From Eledone cirrhosa (Eukaryota): a DNA stretch of 64,000 nucleotides. The stretch covers positions 90,024,001-90,088,000 of the forward strand of contig OZ024743.1 of the NCBI GenBank assembly GCA_964016885.1, in the 5' to 3' direction. Positions 46,856-61,859 of the stretch are shown here, piece by piece. The position numbers were made by a program, and so were the translations under genes. The notes under the pieces are model-generated. The model was not told the DNA's origin. It worked only from the letters and a program-made list of their open reading frames with translations, and made no database searches. Each line of letters opens with the position of its first letter. Position 1 is the first letter of the stretch.

Positions 46856-47451
46856 CTCTTTCGTTACCATATTTCTAATGAAATACACTTACACTACCGA
46901 TGATTTTTAATTTATTCTTTGAATAACCAAGAATTTTAATGATTTAGTAATGTAACTAACTGTCTCATTAATTTGTGTCCGGGACATAACTTAACACAGG
47001 TTCTTATATAAAATTATGATGGAAGATATTTTAATAAATATAAATACTTTAATCCTTTCATTATCCTATTTCGAATGAAATTCGTTGTTAATGATTTTTA
47101 ATTTGTTCTTTAAATAATTGTTTCTACTTTTGGTACATTACTGGTACTTTATTTTATCAACCCCTTAAGGATGAAAGACAAAGTTGACCTCGGCGGGATT
47201 TGAACTCAGAATGGCAAGAGCCGTAACTCAATGCGTGGCGTCCGACCTTCTACCAATACTGCCAATCCACCAATGAAAGCTATACATATTTTAACAAGAG
47301 AAGACATCTATCACCCACCTCAAAGTGGGTGGGAGATCGCCCCGTCGTACGGGAAGAGTTGATACGTCTGGAAATTTTAAAATAAATATAAATACTTTAA
47401 AATGAAAGATTTTTGGATTATAGAACCAGCTACAGTTTGGTATCAAAGGGG
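46856..47451. mobile_element. piggyBac-like MITE with nested SINE (relatives about 44803-46264 and 59600-60220)
   Basis: TTAA on both sides; imperfect TIRs CTCTTTCGTTACC / GGTATCAAAGGGG. Confidence 0.5.
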
Positions 47452-48064
47452 TTAATCAAAGAGGGGAGGAGGGGCAGTGCCAATGACTCTTTTTTTGCAA
47501 GGCATCTCAGATTGGTGGATGTAGAGAGAGATGGAGAAAAATATTTTCAAATGAAAGACCTGACCAAAATGCTTGCAACAGAGTGGACTCTACTAAAGAA
47601 ACCCAAGGGCCATGTGGTGATGTTAATCCAGGGGACAGATTGTGTCAACCACCCAAGTAAGCTGCAGCAGTATTTGAACCCAGAATGCAAAGGACAAGAA
47701 CAAAAGCTTGCAATGGTATCTTGCCTGTTGCTCTAACAATTCAGCCAATCCATCATCCTAAACTAGTATTTCATTTTATTGACCCTAAAAGGCAAAGTTG
47801 ACCTCAGTGGGATTTGAACCCAGAATGTAAAGAACTGAAACAAATGTTACAAAGGTATGTCGTCCTAAGCTCTCTGACAACTCTGCCAATCCAATGCCCT
47901 GAACCAGTATTTCATTTTAAAGATGAAATGCAAAGATGACCTTGGCAGAATTTGAACTGAAAGGTACAAAAACCTAAACAAATACCTTTTGGTAGTTGTG
48001 TCCCTCTGAAACAATGAGAAAACCTGACAAACTGGTGTACTGAATAAAGCAACGATATGAATAC

Positions 48065-48184
48065 CTGTGGGACATCTCTAAAGATGGGGATGTTTCATCC
48101 TCCACGGAACAGGAATTTCTTTTCTCTGGAGGTTCTTCAAGAATTGGTTCTTTGAAAGTTTTTAGTTGTCCATTGCAATCAAAC
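48065..48184 (-). CDS. Anoctamin C-terminal tail exon
   Basis: aaaag|G TTT GAT...CAC AG|gtattc. (W)FDCNGQLKTFKEPILEEPPEKRNSCSVEDETSPSLEMSH(S). 120 nt, phase 2 to 2. The acceptor is atypical (A-run before AG). Confidence 0.7.
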
Positions 48185-48571
48185 CTTTTTTTTTCAAAAA
48201 AAGAAAATAGTGTGAAATATAAAATGTAATAATAATTGTTTCTACTTTTGGCACAAGGCCAGCAATTATCCCAGTGTATTACTGGTAATAATAATAATAA
48301 TGGTTTCTGATTTAGGCACAAGGCCTGCAATTTGAAGGGGAGGGGAAAGTCGATTAAATCGACCCCAGTGCATTACTGGTACTTTATTTTATCGACCCCG
48401 TAAGGATGAAAGGCAAAGCTAACCTCGGCGGAATTTAAACTAAGAATGTAAATGGCCGTACTTTATGCCTCTAAGCATGTTGTCCGACGCTCTATCGATT
48501 CTGCCAACCCCCCCCCCATAGATGCATACATACATACGTATATATATATGCATATATATATATATATACGC

Positions 48572-48642
<71 letters not shown>

Positions 48643-49336
48643 CAGATATATTACCATTCATACTAATATATATATTGTTTTAAAACCTAGGCATGGCAAC
48701 AACTGCAAGCTGCAAGCAATGATGCAGAATGCATGAAACAACAGTGCAACTCTAATTGCTTGCATCACTTGAACTAGAGTATATGTAGATTCACTGGTCT
48801 GGAGATTGAACCCACGACTCCAATATTTACTACTTGACACTTCCCTATATTAATCAAATCAATCAATCAAGCTCCCACAGCTGGTGCAGCCAGAAATAGG
48901 AGTGCCACCCTAGATATTTGACTGTGTGTCCATCATGGTATTTCAGTGGTCCTTACAAATCTTCGATGGTAACTATCTCTTTTCCAAATGTTAAGTCCTT
49001 CACTAAGTTTAGGTCCGAACACAAAAGAAACACACTCCCAGTCACTACATTCGTCTCTCCTGCTCTCCCTATCTCTTACAATTATAATCAAATGGAAGCC
49101 CATAAGCTGGCCGCCCCAGCAGACTGGCTGCCCAGCGGACCAGCAGAAACAGTTACTGGAGCAGGATCACTGAAAAATGTCCTGGAGTCAAAAGTGAGAA
49201 TCAGGTGCCAACTATTGTACTCATCCATCCCTCATGGTGCTACTGCCAGATATCAAGGTATTCTCTGTATCTGAACAATCCAGTTCTGTGACAATGTTTC
49301 TTTAAATCCTGGATACAGATAAATGCTGATTATGTA

Positions 49337-50026
49337 TCTAAACTATAATAAAGTAAGGAGTGCGGGACTGCGTCCAGAATATATATATTTTTTTTTTTAT
49401 CCCGTTTGTAAACTAAGTTGGATTACATTGAATAAATAATTGTTTCTACTTTAGGCACAAGGCCAGCAATTATCCCAGTGCATTACTGGTACTTTATTTT
49501 ATCGACCCCGTAAGGATGAAAAGCAAAGTCAACCTCGGCGGGATTTGAACTCAGATAGTAAAGGGACGTAACTATGCTGGAAAGCATGGCGTCCGACCCT
49601 CCACTGATACTGCCAATCCACCGCCTTACTTTGAATAAATAATGAATTAATATTACATAATTTATCTACTAAATTTCGTTATTGATTAAATAATTTTGTT
49701 ACTTATTTTAAGATTCACTTCTTTAAAATTTTCAAATGTCAACCATTCCGGTTAGCGATCGCTTAAATAAACATTCATACATTCCCGCCACTAACTTTCT
49801 CCTAATGCAGTTTATATATAATATCGTCTTTTTTTAATGTATCATGGATTACGTTACTGATTACATAAGACACTGTAACGCAGTCTTCGTTCAATTTCTG
49901 TGTATATTGTCAATTACTATTTTATTTGATGTATCATATCTACATGTATATATACTTGCGTATAATATCAATATACACACTATACATGCTAGCTGAAAAA
50001 CCACCCGAGGGGTGGTTTTCTGCTAG
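49337..50026 (+). mobile_element. Non-autonomous Helitron (same family as 43.7 kb) with a nested SINE
   Basis: A|TCTAAACTATAATAAAGTAAGGAG...CCACCCGAGGGGTGG...CTAG|T. The SINE at about 49441-49630 is flanked by direct repeat TTGAATAAATAAT. Confidence 0.85.
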
Positions 50027-50301
50027 TTGCAATAATGTTTCTTCATAGCTATAAAAATGAGAAAACTCGTCGCTAGAACAGACGTTAAAGCAATGCTATC
50101 ATAGATAGCGATGGGAAAACATTCCTCAGAAGACAGAGACCAGCGGCCAGTGGTCAACAGAAAAGCAATCCACGAAGTGGGTGACAAGCACATGTTTCTT
50201 CAAATCACTTCACTCTATTTTCAAAGAAACAGTAAATAATGCTGTGTCTTCTAAACCATACCATTTTAAACAAATGAACACTGAAGGAATTGTTAACTTA
50301 C

Positions 50302-50384
50302 CAAGACCTCTGAGGATCAACAGGTATAATATTGTGATAGTCTTTTGTTTCATGTTTTAACCTTTCTGAGACTTTCAACTTATT
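50302..50384 (-). CDS. Anoctamin C-terminal tail exon
   Basis: tttctattccag|AAT AAG...TCT TG|gtaagt. NKLKVSERLKHETKDYHNIIPVDPQRS(W). 83 nt, phase 0 to 2, compatible with both neighbouring exons. Confidence 0.8.
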
Positions 50385-50654
50385 CTGGAATAGAAATAAA
50401 AGAAAACTGAGAACGAACGAACGAAAGAAAGAAAGAGAGAGAAAGTAAGAAATAGAATGGTGGCAGTGGTGGGGTAGACTTTTTTTTAATTTATGCTATG
50501 ATAAGTCTTTAAGGAATGGAAATGGTAAGTGTGTGTGTGTGTGTGAACGCGCGTGAGTGTGTGTGTGTACATGTATGCACGTGAGAGAGGTAGAGAAACA
50601 GTGACATTGAGAGAGCTCCACTGTTTCTGTCTTTAAGTTCTCCGTCTATAACTT

Positions 50655-51045
50655 AGTCGCTTCGGCCACAGACCCAGGTACTGCGGCCCGCAATGCAGAG
50701 GAAAGAAAGGGGCTTGTCCGGTCGCTACCTCTTCGTACCGGTCGCCGTCGAGACCTCAGGCGTACTCGGACCCTGTACTGCCGAGCTTCTCTGCATGACC
50801 GTAACGTCGCCAGCCCGTCTGAATAAAGAGCCCCGTGAGGTGGCTGTTACAGCGGATGTTGCTGGCTATTTTCCGCGAAAATGCTTTTGCCGTCTTATTC
50901 GCGGGGTGCAGCCCCAACACAGCCGTGTCCTAGGCCCAGGGCTAGGCCGTGTCCTAGGCCCTAGAGCCCTTGCCTTTCTCTTTTTTTTCGGTTTATTTAG
51001 TAAGCTGTATCGTTTTCTGAAAGAGTTGGGAAAAATTTGTAATGT
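50655..51045 (+). mobile_element. CRE-clade (restriction-like endonuclease) LINE 3' fragment; related tails on minus at about 18260-18530 and 44930-45280
   Basis: RYLFVPVAVETSGVLGP and, in another frame, LQRMLLAIFRENAFAVL (QRGNA-like motif). Confidence 0.7.
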
Positions 51046-51049
51046 TATT

Positions 51050-51148
<99 letters not shown>

Positions 51149-51227
51149 GGTAAACAGAAATAACAACACAATCGGTAGAGTATATGGAAGGGTTATATTA
51201 AGTTAACGCTTGATATAGCAGAGAGGG

Positions 51228-51263
51228 TCTTAACGTTTCGGACTCTAGTCCTTCATCAGAAGA
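51228..51263 (-). ncRNA. Minimal hammerhead motif, sense orientation within an anoctamin intron
   Basis: TCTT-CTGATGA-A-GGAC(taga)GTCC-GAAA-CG-TT-AAGA; palindromic AACGTT stem III. Confidence 0.75.
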
Positions 51264-52453
51264 AACAATGAGAAATAAAACAGATTAAGGGGACGAGCGG
51301 GATGGAATTGAAAAAAATAACAGGTCCATTCATGTTGACATCTCTTGCAAAACTGTTGGTGCTGGCGTTTTGTGTATGATTTATTTCTTAGAAAAGTGGA
51401 TGATGGAGCGCTCCTCTCTCTCTATATATATATATTATTTAACAAAGAAGCAGATCCGCCAAAAAGAAAAAAATTAACCAATGTGCTCAACTATGGTGAT
51501 CGACTGCTGGTATTTCAAGCTATTTTCTGCGTTTGGGACGCTCACATTCTCAAATTATATGACCCTACCAAAGTATAACAATTAACTATTCAATTTTTTT
51601 ATAAAACTCCACTCTGTAAGCAGGTGTATAGTTGATCTTAATAGCAGTGCTAACCTTGGGTACAGCTCAAATATCATGTGTGTTGGGCCTCTGTCAATTT
51701 TCATAATGACTGTTCCAGTTGTTCAACCAACAGAACAGCTTGTTCAACCAAGTGGTTGAGTATTCCACAGACAAGAGTACTCTTACTTAAGTTCTCAGGG
51801 AGATTCAGCATGGCACAACTATGTGACATGCGACATAGCTAGCCTTTTCAATCACAGGTACTACACACTAGAGCAATGTGAAGTAAAGTGCCAAGCTCAT
51901 GACGATCATGAGAAGTAAATGTGAAGAGCAATGTGAAGTAAAGTGCCGAGCTCGTGACGATCCTTACGATCATGAGACATACGACCTAACCACTAATCCA
52001 AGCGCATTCATACAAACAGCCCAGCTCTTTGCACATGTACACACACACTTCACATTCCAGATTAAGCAACTCTAACCTGTACTTCTCTGAACTGGCAAAG
52101 TGGTATTCACATCCCATCATCTCTATTGTGTCTCACCTGCCAGACACTTTTCACCTTTATCCTAACTTTTCTCTCCTCCTCCTACTTCTGCCCCTTCCTC
52201 ATATTCCCCCCTCATCCTCTTACCCAGCACCATACAAATCATGACTGCACCCTCTCACCTCTCCTCTCACCGAAGAATCACAACGACCACGCCAAACCCA
52301 CCCCCACCACTGCCACCTTGCCAGATTTTCATACAAACATTTAGAGAATAACAGAATTCATTTCATACCAAACAAAAGACTTAACATTGTATACAAAATT
52401 ACTTTGGTGGTCCCAGGTTGGTATAAGTACCCAGAGGGTACATATATATGTAC

Positions 52454-52504
<51 letters not shown>

Positions 52505-52528
52505 TATATACATATATATATATATAAC

Positions 52529-52562
<34 letters not shown>

Positions 52563-52564
52563 AC

Positions 52565-52596
<32 letters not shown>

Positions 52597-52598
52597 AC

Positions 52599-52632
<34 letters not shown>

Positions 52633-52658
52633 ACTATATATATATATATATAACTATA

Positions 52659-52690
<32 letters not shown>

Positions 52691-52782
52691 ACTATATATA
52701 TATATAACTATATATATACATATATATATATATAACTATATATATATATATAACTATATATATATATATAACTATATATATA

Positions 52783-52817
<35 letters not shown>

Positions 52818-52952
52818 ATAATAATAAAATTGAAGACTAAAATCCAAAGAGGGCTCGATAAGGAAAATATATATCAAATATATAAGAACCGTAGAGCAAA
52901 TATTTATTAGAATAACAGATTAACTTTGCTTAAACTTTAATCTGTTATTTTA

Positions 52953-53045
<93 letters not shown>

Positions 53046-53329
53046 CATATATATATATATACATATATATATATACATATATATATATATACATATATAT
53101 ATATACATATATATATATATACATATATATACATATATATATATACATATATGTATATATACATATATGTATATATACATATATATATACATATATATAT
53201 ATATACATATATGTATATATACATATATGTATATATACATATATATACATATATATATATATACATATACATATATATACATATACATATATATATATAC
53301 ATATATATATATATGCATATACATATATA

Positions 53330-53405
<76 letters not shown>

Positions 53406-53422
53406 TATACATATACATATAC

Positions 53423-53471
<49 letters not shown>

Positions 53472-53682
53472 TATATATATACAAACATATATATATATAC
53501 ATATATATATACATATATATATACATATATATACATACATATATATATACATACATATATATATACATATATATACATACATATATATATACATATATAT
53601 ATATACATATATACATACATATATATATACATATATATATATACATACATATATATATACATACATATATATATATATATAT

Positions 53683-53725
<43 letters not shown>

Positions 53726-53726
53726 C

Positions 53727-53757
<31 letters not shown>

Positions 53758-53768
53758 CATATATATAC

Positions 53769-53799
<31 letters not shown>

Positions 53800-53864
53800 C
53801 ATATATATATATATACATATATATACATATATATATATATCTTTATACATATATATATATATAT

Positions 53865-54147
53865 CAGTGGCGAAGGGTAATCTGGAAAAGCAGGGAAAGC
53901 AGGGCATGCCGTCCAATCGCTATGGCGGAAAGTGGGGCTGTGCAGGCTTACCCCCCTCCATACCCTCTAAATGACCCTCCCGTCAAAGCCGCATGTAGTG
54001 TTATCTAGTGTGTGTGTGTAGCTTTTTATGTGTCTACGATTTAGTAAGCAGTCAAAATTCTGCTTGCTTCAACCGACACAATTGATCAACTCAAGATTCT
54101 ATAACGCATGCACTGCATGCGTTGTATGCACGGACCCATCGCCCCTG
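53865..54147. mobile_element. MITE inserted in a (TA)n tract
   Basis: TIRs CAGTGGCGAAGGGT / ACCCATCGCCCCTG (12/14 match). Confidence 0.65.
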
Positions 54148-54160
54148 ATATATATATATG

Positions 54161-54234
<74 letters not shown>

Positions 54235-56022
54235 TATATATTATTTACCTAAACTGCGATTCTGTTTTTCTCTCTCTCTCTCTCTTACTGCTCCCTCATT
54301 CTCTCTGTTTCTCTTACTTTCTTTCGCCCCCTCTGTCATGTCAGTTAACACTTTCTCTCTACTGACCTCTTCCTCACACTTGCACTCACTGACTCACTAT
54401 TTCTCCCCTTCTCACTTCACCCCGTTCGCAACGAAAACAATTTCCTTCTTTCTTACATTTGGATTCATCTCGAAAGGTCTTTTTTCTACGCGCTCATATA
54501 TTCACCCAGCTTATGCTGACAGAATAACTATGTAGCTTGTGCCCTTCCTATCTACGGTTAGCTTTCCTCTTTGTTGTTACTTGTCTTACTCGCTTTACGC
54601 GTTTTAATTGTCCTAATAACTTAATTTAGTTATTATTGCACCAACGTGAGGTATATGATTTTTAATGCAATGAAATATCTATGATCGTTGGCAAATCACT
54701 GATGAGGGACTCATTTTATAACATGTTATCCATGTGCAACCTGCAGTATTCTTCTCCCCATTTTTTCATATATATATATATATATATACATATATATATA
54801 CATATATACATATATATACATATATAGTAATAAATTTGAAGACTAAAATCAAAAGAGGGCTTGATAAGGATAAATATATATCAAATATATAAGAACCGTA
54901 GAGCAAATATGTATATATATATGTATATATGTATATACATATACATATATATATACATATACATATACATATACATATATATATATATACATATATATAT
55001 ACATATACATATATATATACATATACATATATATATACATATATATATACATATACATATACATATATATATACATATACATATATATATACATATACAT
55101 ATATATATACATATATATATACATATATATATACATATACATATATATATATATACATATACATATATATACATATATATATATATACATATACATATAT
55201 ATATACATATACATATACACATATACATATATATATACATATATATATATACATATACATATATATATTCATATACATATATACATATACATAGATATAT
55301 ATATACATATACATAGATATATGTACATATACATATATATATACATATACATATATATAGACATATACATATACATATATATATACATATACATATATAT
55401 ATACATATACATATACATATATATATACATATACATATATATATACATATACATATATATATACATATACATATATATATACATATACATATATATATAT
55501 ACATATACATATATATATACATATACATATATATATACATATACATATATATATATACATATATATATACATATACATATATATATACATATACATATAT
55601 ATATACATATATATATACATATACATATATATATATACATATACATATACATATATATATATATACATATATATATATACAAATACATATATATATACAT
55701 ATACATATATATATACATATACATATATATATACATATATATATACATATACATATATATACATATACATATATATATACATATATATATACATATATAT
55801 ACATATATATATACATATACATATATATACATATATATATACATATATATATACATATACATATATATATACATATATATATACATATACATATATATAT
55901 ACATATATATATACATATACATATATATATACATATATACATATATATATACATTTATATATACATATATATATATACATATATACATATATATATACAT
56001 TTATATATACATATATATATAC

Positions 56023-56054
<32 letters not shown>

Positions 56055-56099
56055 ATACATACATATATATATATACATATACATATATATATACATACA

Positions 56100-56153
<54 letters not shown>

Positions 56154-56329
56154 CATATATATATATATACATACATACATATATACATACATACATATAT
56201 ACATATATATATATACATACATATATATATATATATACATACACATATATATAATATATATATACATACATATATATATATATACATATATATATATACA
56301 TATACATACATATATATATATATATACAT

Positions 56330-56360
<31 letters not shown>

Positions 56361-56509
56361 CATACATATATATATATATATACATATACATACATATATA
56401 TATATATATACATATACATACATATATATATATATACATACATATATATATATATATATATACATACATATATATATACATATATATATACATATATATA
56501 CATATATAC

Positions 56510-56570
<61 letters not shown>

Positions 56571-56620
56571 CATATATATGTATATATATATATATATATA
56601 CACATATATATACATATATA

Positions 56621-56678
<58 letters not shown>

Positions 56679-56690
56679 TATACATATATA

Positions 56691-56950
<260 letters not shown>

Positions 56951-57283
56951 GATATACATATATATATATACATATATATACACATATATATATATATATA
57001 CATATATATATACATATATATATACATATATATATATATACATATATATATATACATATATATATATACATATATATATATACATATATATATACATATA
57101 TATATACATATATATATATACATATAATTATACATATATATATACATATATATATATATATACATATATATATACATATATATATACATATATATATACA
57201 TATATATATACACATATATATATATATATATACATATATATATACATATACATATACATATATATATACACATATATATATAT

Positions 57284-58022
57284 ATCAGATAAAACAGGAG
57301 AACATGATATGAAGGCTAAAAAACACTTGTGGATAGTGCAGTTTTAAATCAACATATGAAACGTGGTTTTAGATTGATGTGTGATATTGGGAAAAATATT
57401 TTATTTAGAGGGGGGGGGGTAGGATGAAAAAGGGGAGGAGATGAGAGGGAGAGATGGGTGATAGAGAGAAAGAGATAGTTTTTATAACTGAGAGAAGATA
57501 TATTGTTTTACATAGAGAGGTTGAAAACCGTTGGAAGATAATGTATAAATTAAAAGAATTTGAAAATTAGCGAAGGGAAAGATATGTACGAGGAAAACTA
57601 TCTCTTTCTCTCTATCACCCATCTCTCCCTCTCCACCTTCACTCTCATCTCCTCCCCCTTTTTTCATCCTTTCCACCCCCCTCCCTAAATAAAATATTTT
57701 TTCCTCGTACATATCTTTCCCTTCGCTAATTTTCAAATTCTTTTAATTTATACATTATCTTCCAACGGTTTTCAACCTCTCTATGTAAAACAATATATTT
57801 TCTCTCAGTTATAAAAACTATCTCTTTCTCTCTATCACCCATCTCTCCCTCTCATCTCCTCCCCTTTTTCATCCTTTCCACCCACCCCCACCCCTCTCTA
57901 AATAAAATATTTTTCCCAATATCACACATCAATCTAAAACCACTTTTCATATGTTGATTTAAAACTGCACTATCCACAAGTGTTTTTTAGCCTTCATATC
58001 ATGTTCTCCTGTTTTATCTGAT
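57284..58022. repeat. Long inverted repeat (about 310 bp arms, about 100 bp spacer that itself copies arm sequence)
   Basis: atcagataaaacaggag...gtacgaggaaaa versus ttttcctcgtac...ctcctgttttatctgat. Confidence 0.9.
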
Positions 58023-58078
58023 GAAAACACAAATATTATTGCATGATGATGTTTGTTTTTGAAATGCGCATAATAAAA
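58012..58078 (+). ncRNA. Type I hammerhead motif with about 15-bp stem II
   Basis: TTTTAT-CTGATGA-AAACACAAATATTAT(tgcatg)ATGATGTTTGTTTTT-GAAA-TGCGCA-TA-ATAAAA. Confidence 0.78.
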
Positions 58079-58201
58079 TACATGGAACTCCTTTAACCAT
58101 CTTTTGATCTTATATTATGTATACTCCAGTCCTACAAACCGTAGAGTGCTTCTTATCCGATATCTGCATTGCTTTATTGTACTACAATAAAACTCACCTC
58201 C

Positions 58202-58261
<60 letters not shown>

Positions 58262-58300
58262 CATATACATATATACATATACATATATATATACATATAC

Positions 58301-58374
<74 letters not shown>

Positions 58375-59056
58375 TTTCTCAGACAACATACATACATGCA
58401 TTTAGCATGTAATCTTGCCACACCAGTTGCAAGCTTAATGTCATTCTGTCTGCCATTATACATATGTTGTCTAAGTCAAGGTGCGGGCGTTCTCTTCTTT
58501 GTTTCACCTTCTCTCCCTGTCCCTGACCACACCCTCACTTAACATAGTACCAGGTACCGACTGAAGTACCAACCATCGTGGCACCCAGTTACTGAAATGT
58601 GGTAGGTAGAAATTGTAGGAAGCCCATTATATATATATGTATATATATTTAATGAAGAAAAACCAAGGTTAACATTTTAAATCCATTCTTTAATTTTTAC
58701 GTACGTTTCTATATAGGTGACAATAGTACATGCATATGTGAAGAAGAAGAAGAAGAAGAAGAAGAAGAAGAAGAAGAAGAAGAAGAAGAAGAAGAAGAAG
58801 AAGAATCCAATAAACGTAGAGATCCCAATTGGCTGACCTCTTATGTTGTTAGTTATAAGCAGTTGTAAATACAAATATAAAGAGAGAGAAATGGATAAGT
58901 TTAGTAACACATTTGAAAAACCAAGTACTAAGATCGATATGATTGACTATATAACTTCCAGGTGGTGCCCCAGCTTGGTCACAGTCTAATAGGTGAAAGC
59001 AGTAAAAAAAAAGAATAAAAGATAAATGGAAAGTAAGAAACCCTGGCAATATTTAC

Positions 59057-59137
59057 CTGTTTCCTGACCATTTTCACGTAGGCTGTTGTGTCTGGAATCA
59101 ATATTTCTATAAACAACTTCACGCCGTATACAATGTG
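59057..59137 (-). CDS. Anoctamin exon (end of TM10, IPD motif)
   Basis: ttttggcag|CAC ATT...AAA CAG|gtaaat. HIVYGVKLFIEILIPDTTAYVKMVRKQ continues FE|H and carries the conserved IPD motif. 81 nt, phase 0 to 0. Confidence 0.92.
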
Positions 59138-61557
59138 CTGCCAAAATAGAAGTTATTCACCATTAAAAGGAAATTACAAGACAAAACATACCATAGATAT
59201 ATAAACACCACTCCGCTCTAGGCGTAGATCCTGTCACCCCACCCCTCCCCCTTTCTTTCTTCCATAGCCGCCCTAGGCATAGAACGTGTCACCCTCCCCC
59301 TTTCTTTCTCCCATAGCCGCCCTAGGCATATAACGTGTCACCCTACCCCTCCCCTTTTCTACCGTGGTCTAATAGTCCATGCTCTTTCTCTCTTATTCTT
59401 CTCATTTAAGGCATTTATAGTCCTTTCCTTTACTTTCCTATGCTGTTAGATCTGCCCTTCTTTAACTCTTCCCCCTTCTTTTCATTATTTATATAATTAC
59501 TTATGAAACACTTTATAAATAATTTGAATAAAACTTCTTTTAAATGACAAAAAATAGAACCTATCTTATAAAAAAAAACATACTTGTACATATTATGTCA
59601 ACCCTTCCAATATTTCTAATGAAAAACACTGCCTAATCAAGAATTTCAAAGGAATTAGAAATATAACTAACATCTGTGAGGAGGCCAGCAAGTGGGACCC
59701 CATTTGCTCAGCATACAGAAAGATGGGGAGGGCGAGAGAGTGGAGGCGATGACAGTGGGTGTTCGGCTCTTCCACGTTCGGACCATATCCTTGTGGTTGT
59801 GTTTATTATCTATATACTAACATGTTAAAGATAGTTTACCCGACGGCTTTCATGCTTATTTCATCCTATCTGACATCATTCCAATATCCCAAGAGGGCCA
59901 ATTACATTTGCTGCCATAAAACTTAACAAAAGTTCTTACATAAAATTATGATAGAAGGGTTTCAGATAAATATAAGCACTTCAAAATAACAGTTTTGTAT
60001 CACAGAACCACGACAGTTCCAAGTGGTTTGGTATTAAAGAGGTTTTAAGATCTTTCTAATTCCCTACTTTCTAAACTTTAGAAATATAGTAACGAAAAGG
60101 TAAATAAAGTTTCTTATAAAAAATTATGGTTGAAGGTTTTTAGGTAAATATATATAAATAAGCGGCTTTGTATCATAGAACCAGGGGCGGTTTAAGGCGG
60201 TTTGGTGTCAAAAGTCTTAAGAAGCCGACATACACATAAGTAGTGATCTGAAGATATAAAGATTACTTTGGTGGATTTCTTTCGTTAAATAGCCAGTTGC
60301 TGGCCAATAATACTAATTCTGAGTTTAAGTAAATAAAATGGAAACGTGCAATTTCCCAAATAAAAGATGCCGGCTGTATATATAATAAGATTGATACAAA
60401 GACGTTGTTTGGTGGCAAACGTACAAGATTCATAAAATGTGTTTTTTATTGTGTGAAATGAACAGTCCATAAATATAGATTGTCTATAAATTTACGGTGT
60501 CTACCTATACTATATAGAGCAGCGAAATGGCAGAGTCGTTAAAACGTCGGATAGAAATCCTTTGCAGCATTCGTTCTGGTTCAAATCCCGTCGAGGTCAA
60601 CTTTGCCTTTAATGCATTGGAGGTCGATAAAAAATAGTACCAGTCTGGGGTAAGTCTTTCCCACTTCCATTCTCTCACTCTATCATTCTCTGGAAGAAAT
60701 CTGCTGTATTCAGACCATGTTTTAAGATACCCTGGAACGCCGTATGTCAATACGGCACCCCTACGACTCTCTAAGGGATTATGCACCTATACTATACATG
60801 CAGTTCAAATCCCGCCGAGGTCAAATTAGCCTTTCATCCATTCAAGTTCGATAAAAAAAAGTACCAGATACTTCCTCAATATCCGTCAATATCCGTTTCT
60901 CACTTCTATTCTCTCATTCTCTCTATCCTTCTCTAGAAGAAATCTGCTGTATTTAGACCTGGAGAGGAGATGGGCTCCTCCAGGTTTAAAAATGCATGTC
61001 AATACGGTACCTCTACGACTCTCCCAAGAGTTACGAGACTTTGAATGCAATACTACATATTAAACTAGGACAACCATAACACCACATGTTCTGCTATGTT
61101 TTATCCTTCCAGCCACAGCATATATCTATGTCAACAGAACAATGGGAGAGAAAAGAAAAATAACAATAGAACCAAAGTTTAATGTGAATCAAGTAAAATA
61201 GTATAATTGAATAAATATAAAATTTTCGCAATTGAAATAGAAATAAAAGTGTCACCGTAACATTGACTACACAATACAGCTTAATAATGGGGTGTATAAA
61301 TTTACTGAACAGGAAATCATGGGTATCAGCATATATGGAAGTGGAACCCACACTTCTCGTTTGCCGGACGAGTGCGTTACGATTACGTTTTGCCAGACGA
61401 GTACGCTAGCATTACATTTGCCGGACGAGTACGCTACCATTACGTAATGGTAGCGTACTCGTCCGGCAAACGAGAGGTGTAGTTTCGATTCTTATGTGTG
61501 CCGATGCCCATCTTTTTCCGTTCAGTGGGTTTATACACCCCATTATTAGACTATATT

Positions 61558-61752
61558 GAGGGCGAGGGATTGGCTGAGTCATTAGAGGGTCGGACAACAT
61601 GCTTTGCGGCATATAGTTACGGCCCTTGCTATTCTGAGTTCAAATCCCGCCGAGGTTAACTTTGCCTTTCATCCTTACGGGGTCGATAAAATAAAGTACC
61701 AGTAATGCACTGGATAATTGCTGGCCTTGTGCCAAAATCAGAAACAATTATT
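61558..61752 (+). mobile_element. tRNA-derived SINE, dominant family. Other copies about 4700-4830, 5590-5730, 9478-9700, 14575-14760, 14990-15157, 17820-18000, 18650-18830, 20290-20480, 26360-26775 (two), 47118-47270, 48237-48510, 49441-49630, 60520-60645
   Basis: A box TGGCTGAGTCATT, B box GAGTTCAAATCC, conserved body ctttcatccttacggggtcgataaaataaagtaccag; flanking direct repeat attattagactatat. Confidence 0.9.
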
Positions 61753-61859
61753 AGACTATATCAAGTAGTCAAGGTTACGGCGACGCTTCTGTTTCTATTT
61801 CAATTCTAAAACTTCGCTCTCGCGTTCCAAACATTTTCTTTATAAAAGTTTTTGTTTAC

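Noticed and set aside
48918-49274. 118-aa plus-strand ORF in an anoctamin intron
   Set aside because: No recognisable motif or convincing splice sites, and the anoctamin frame closes without it.
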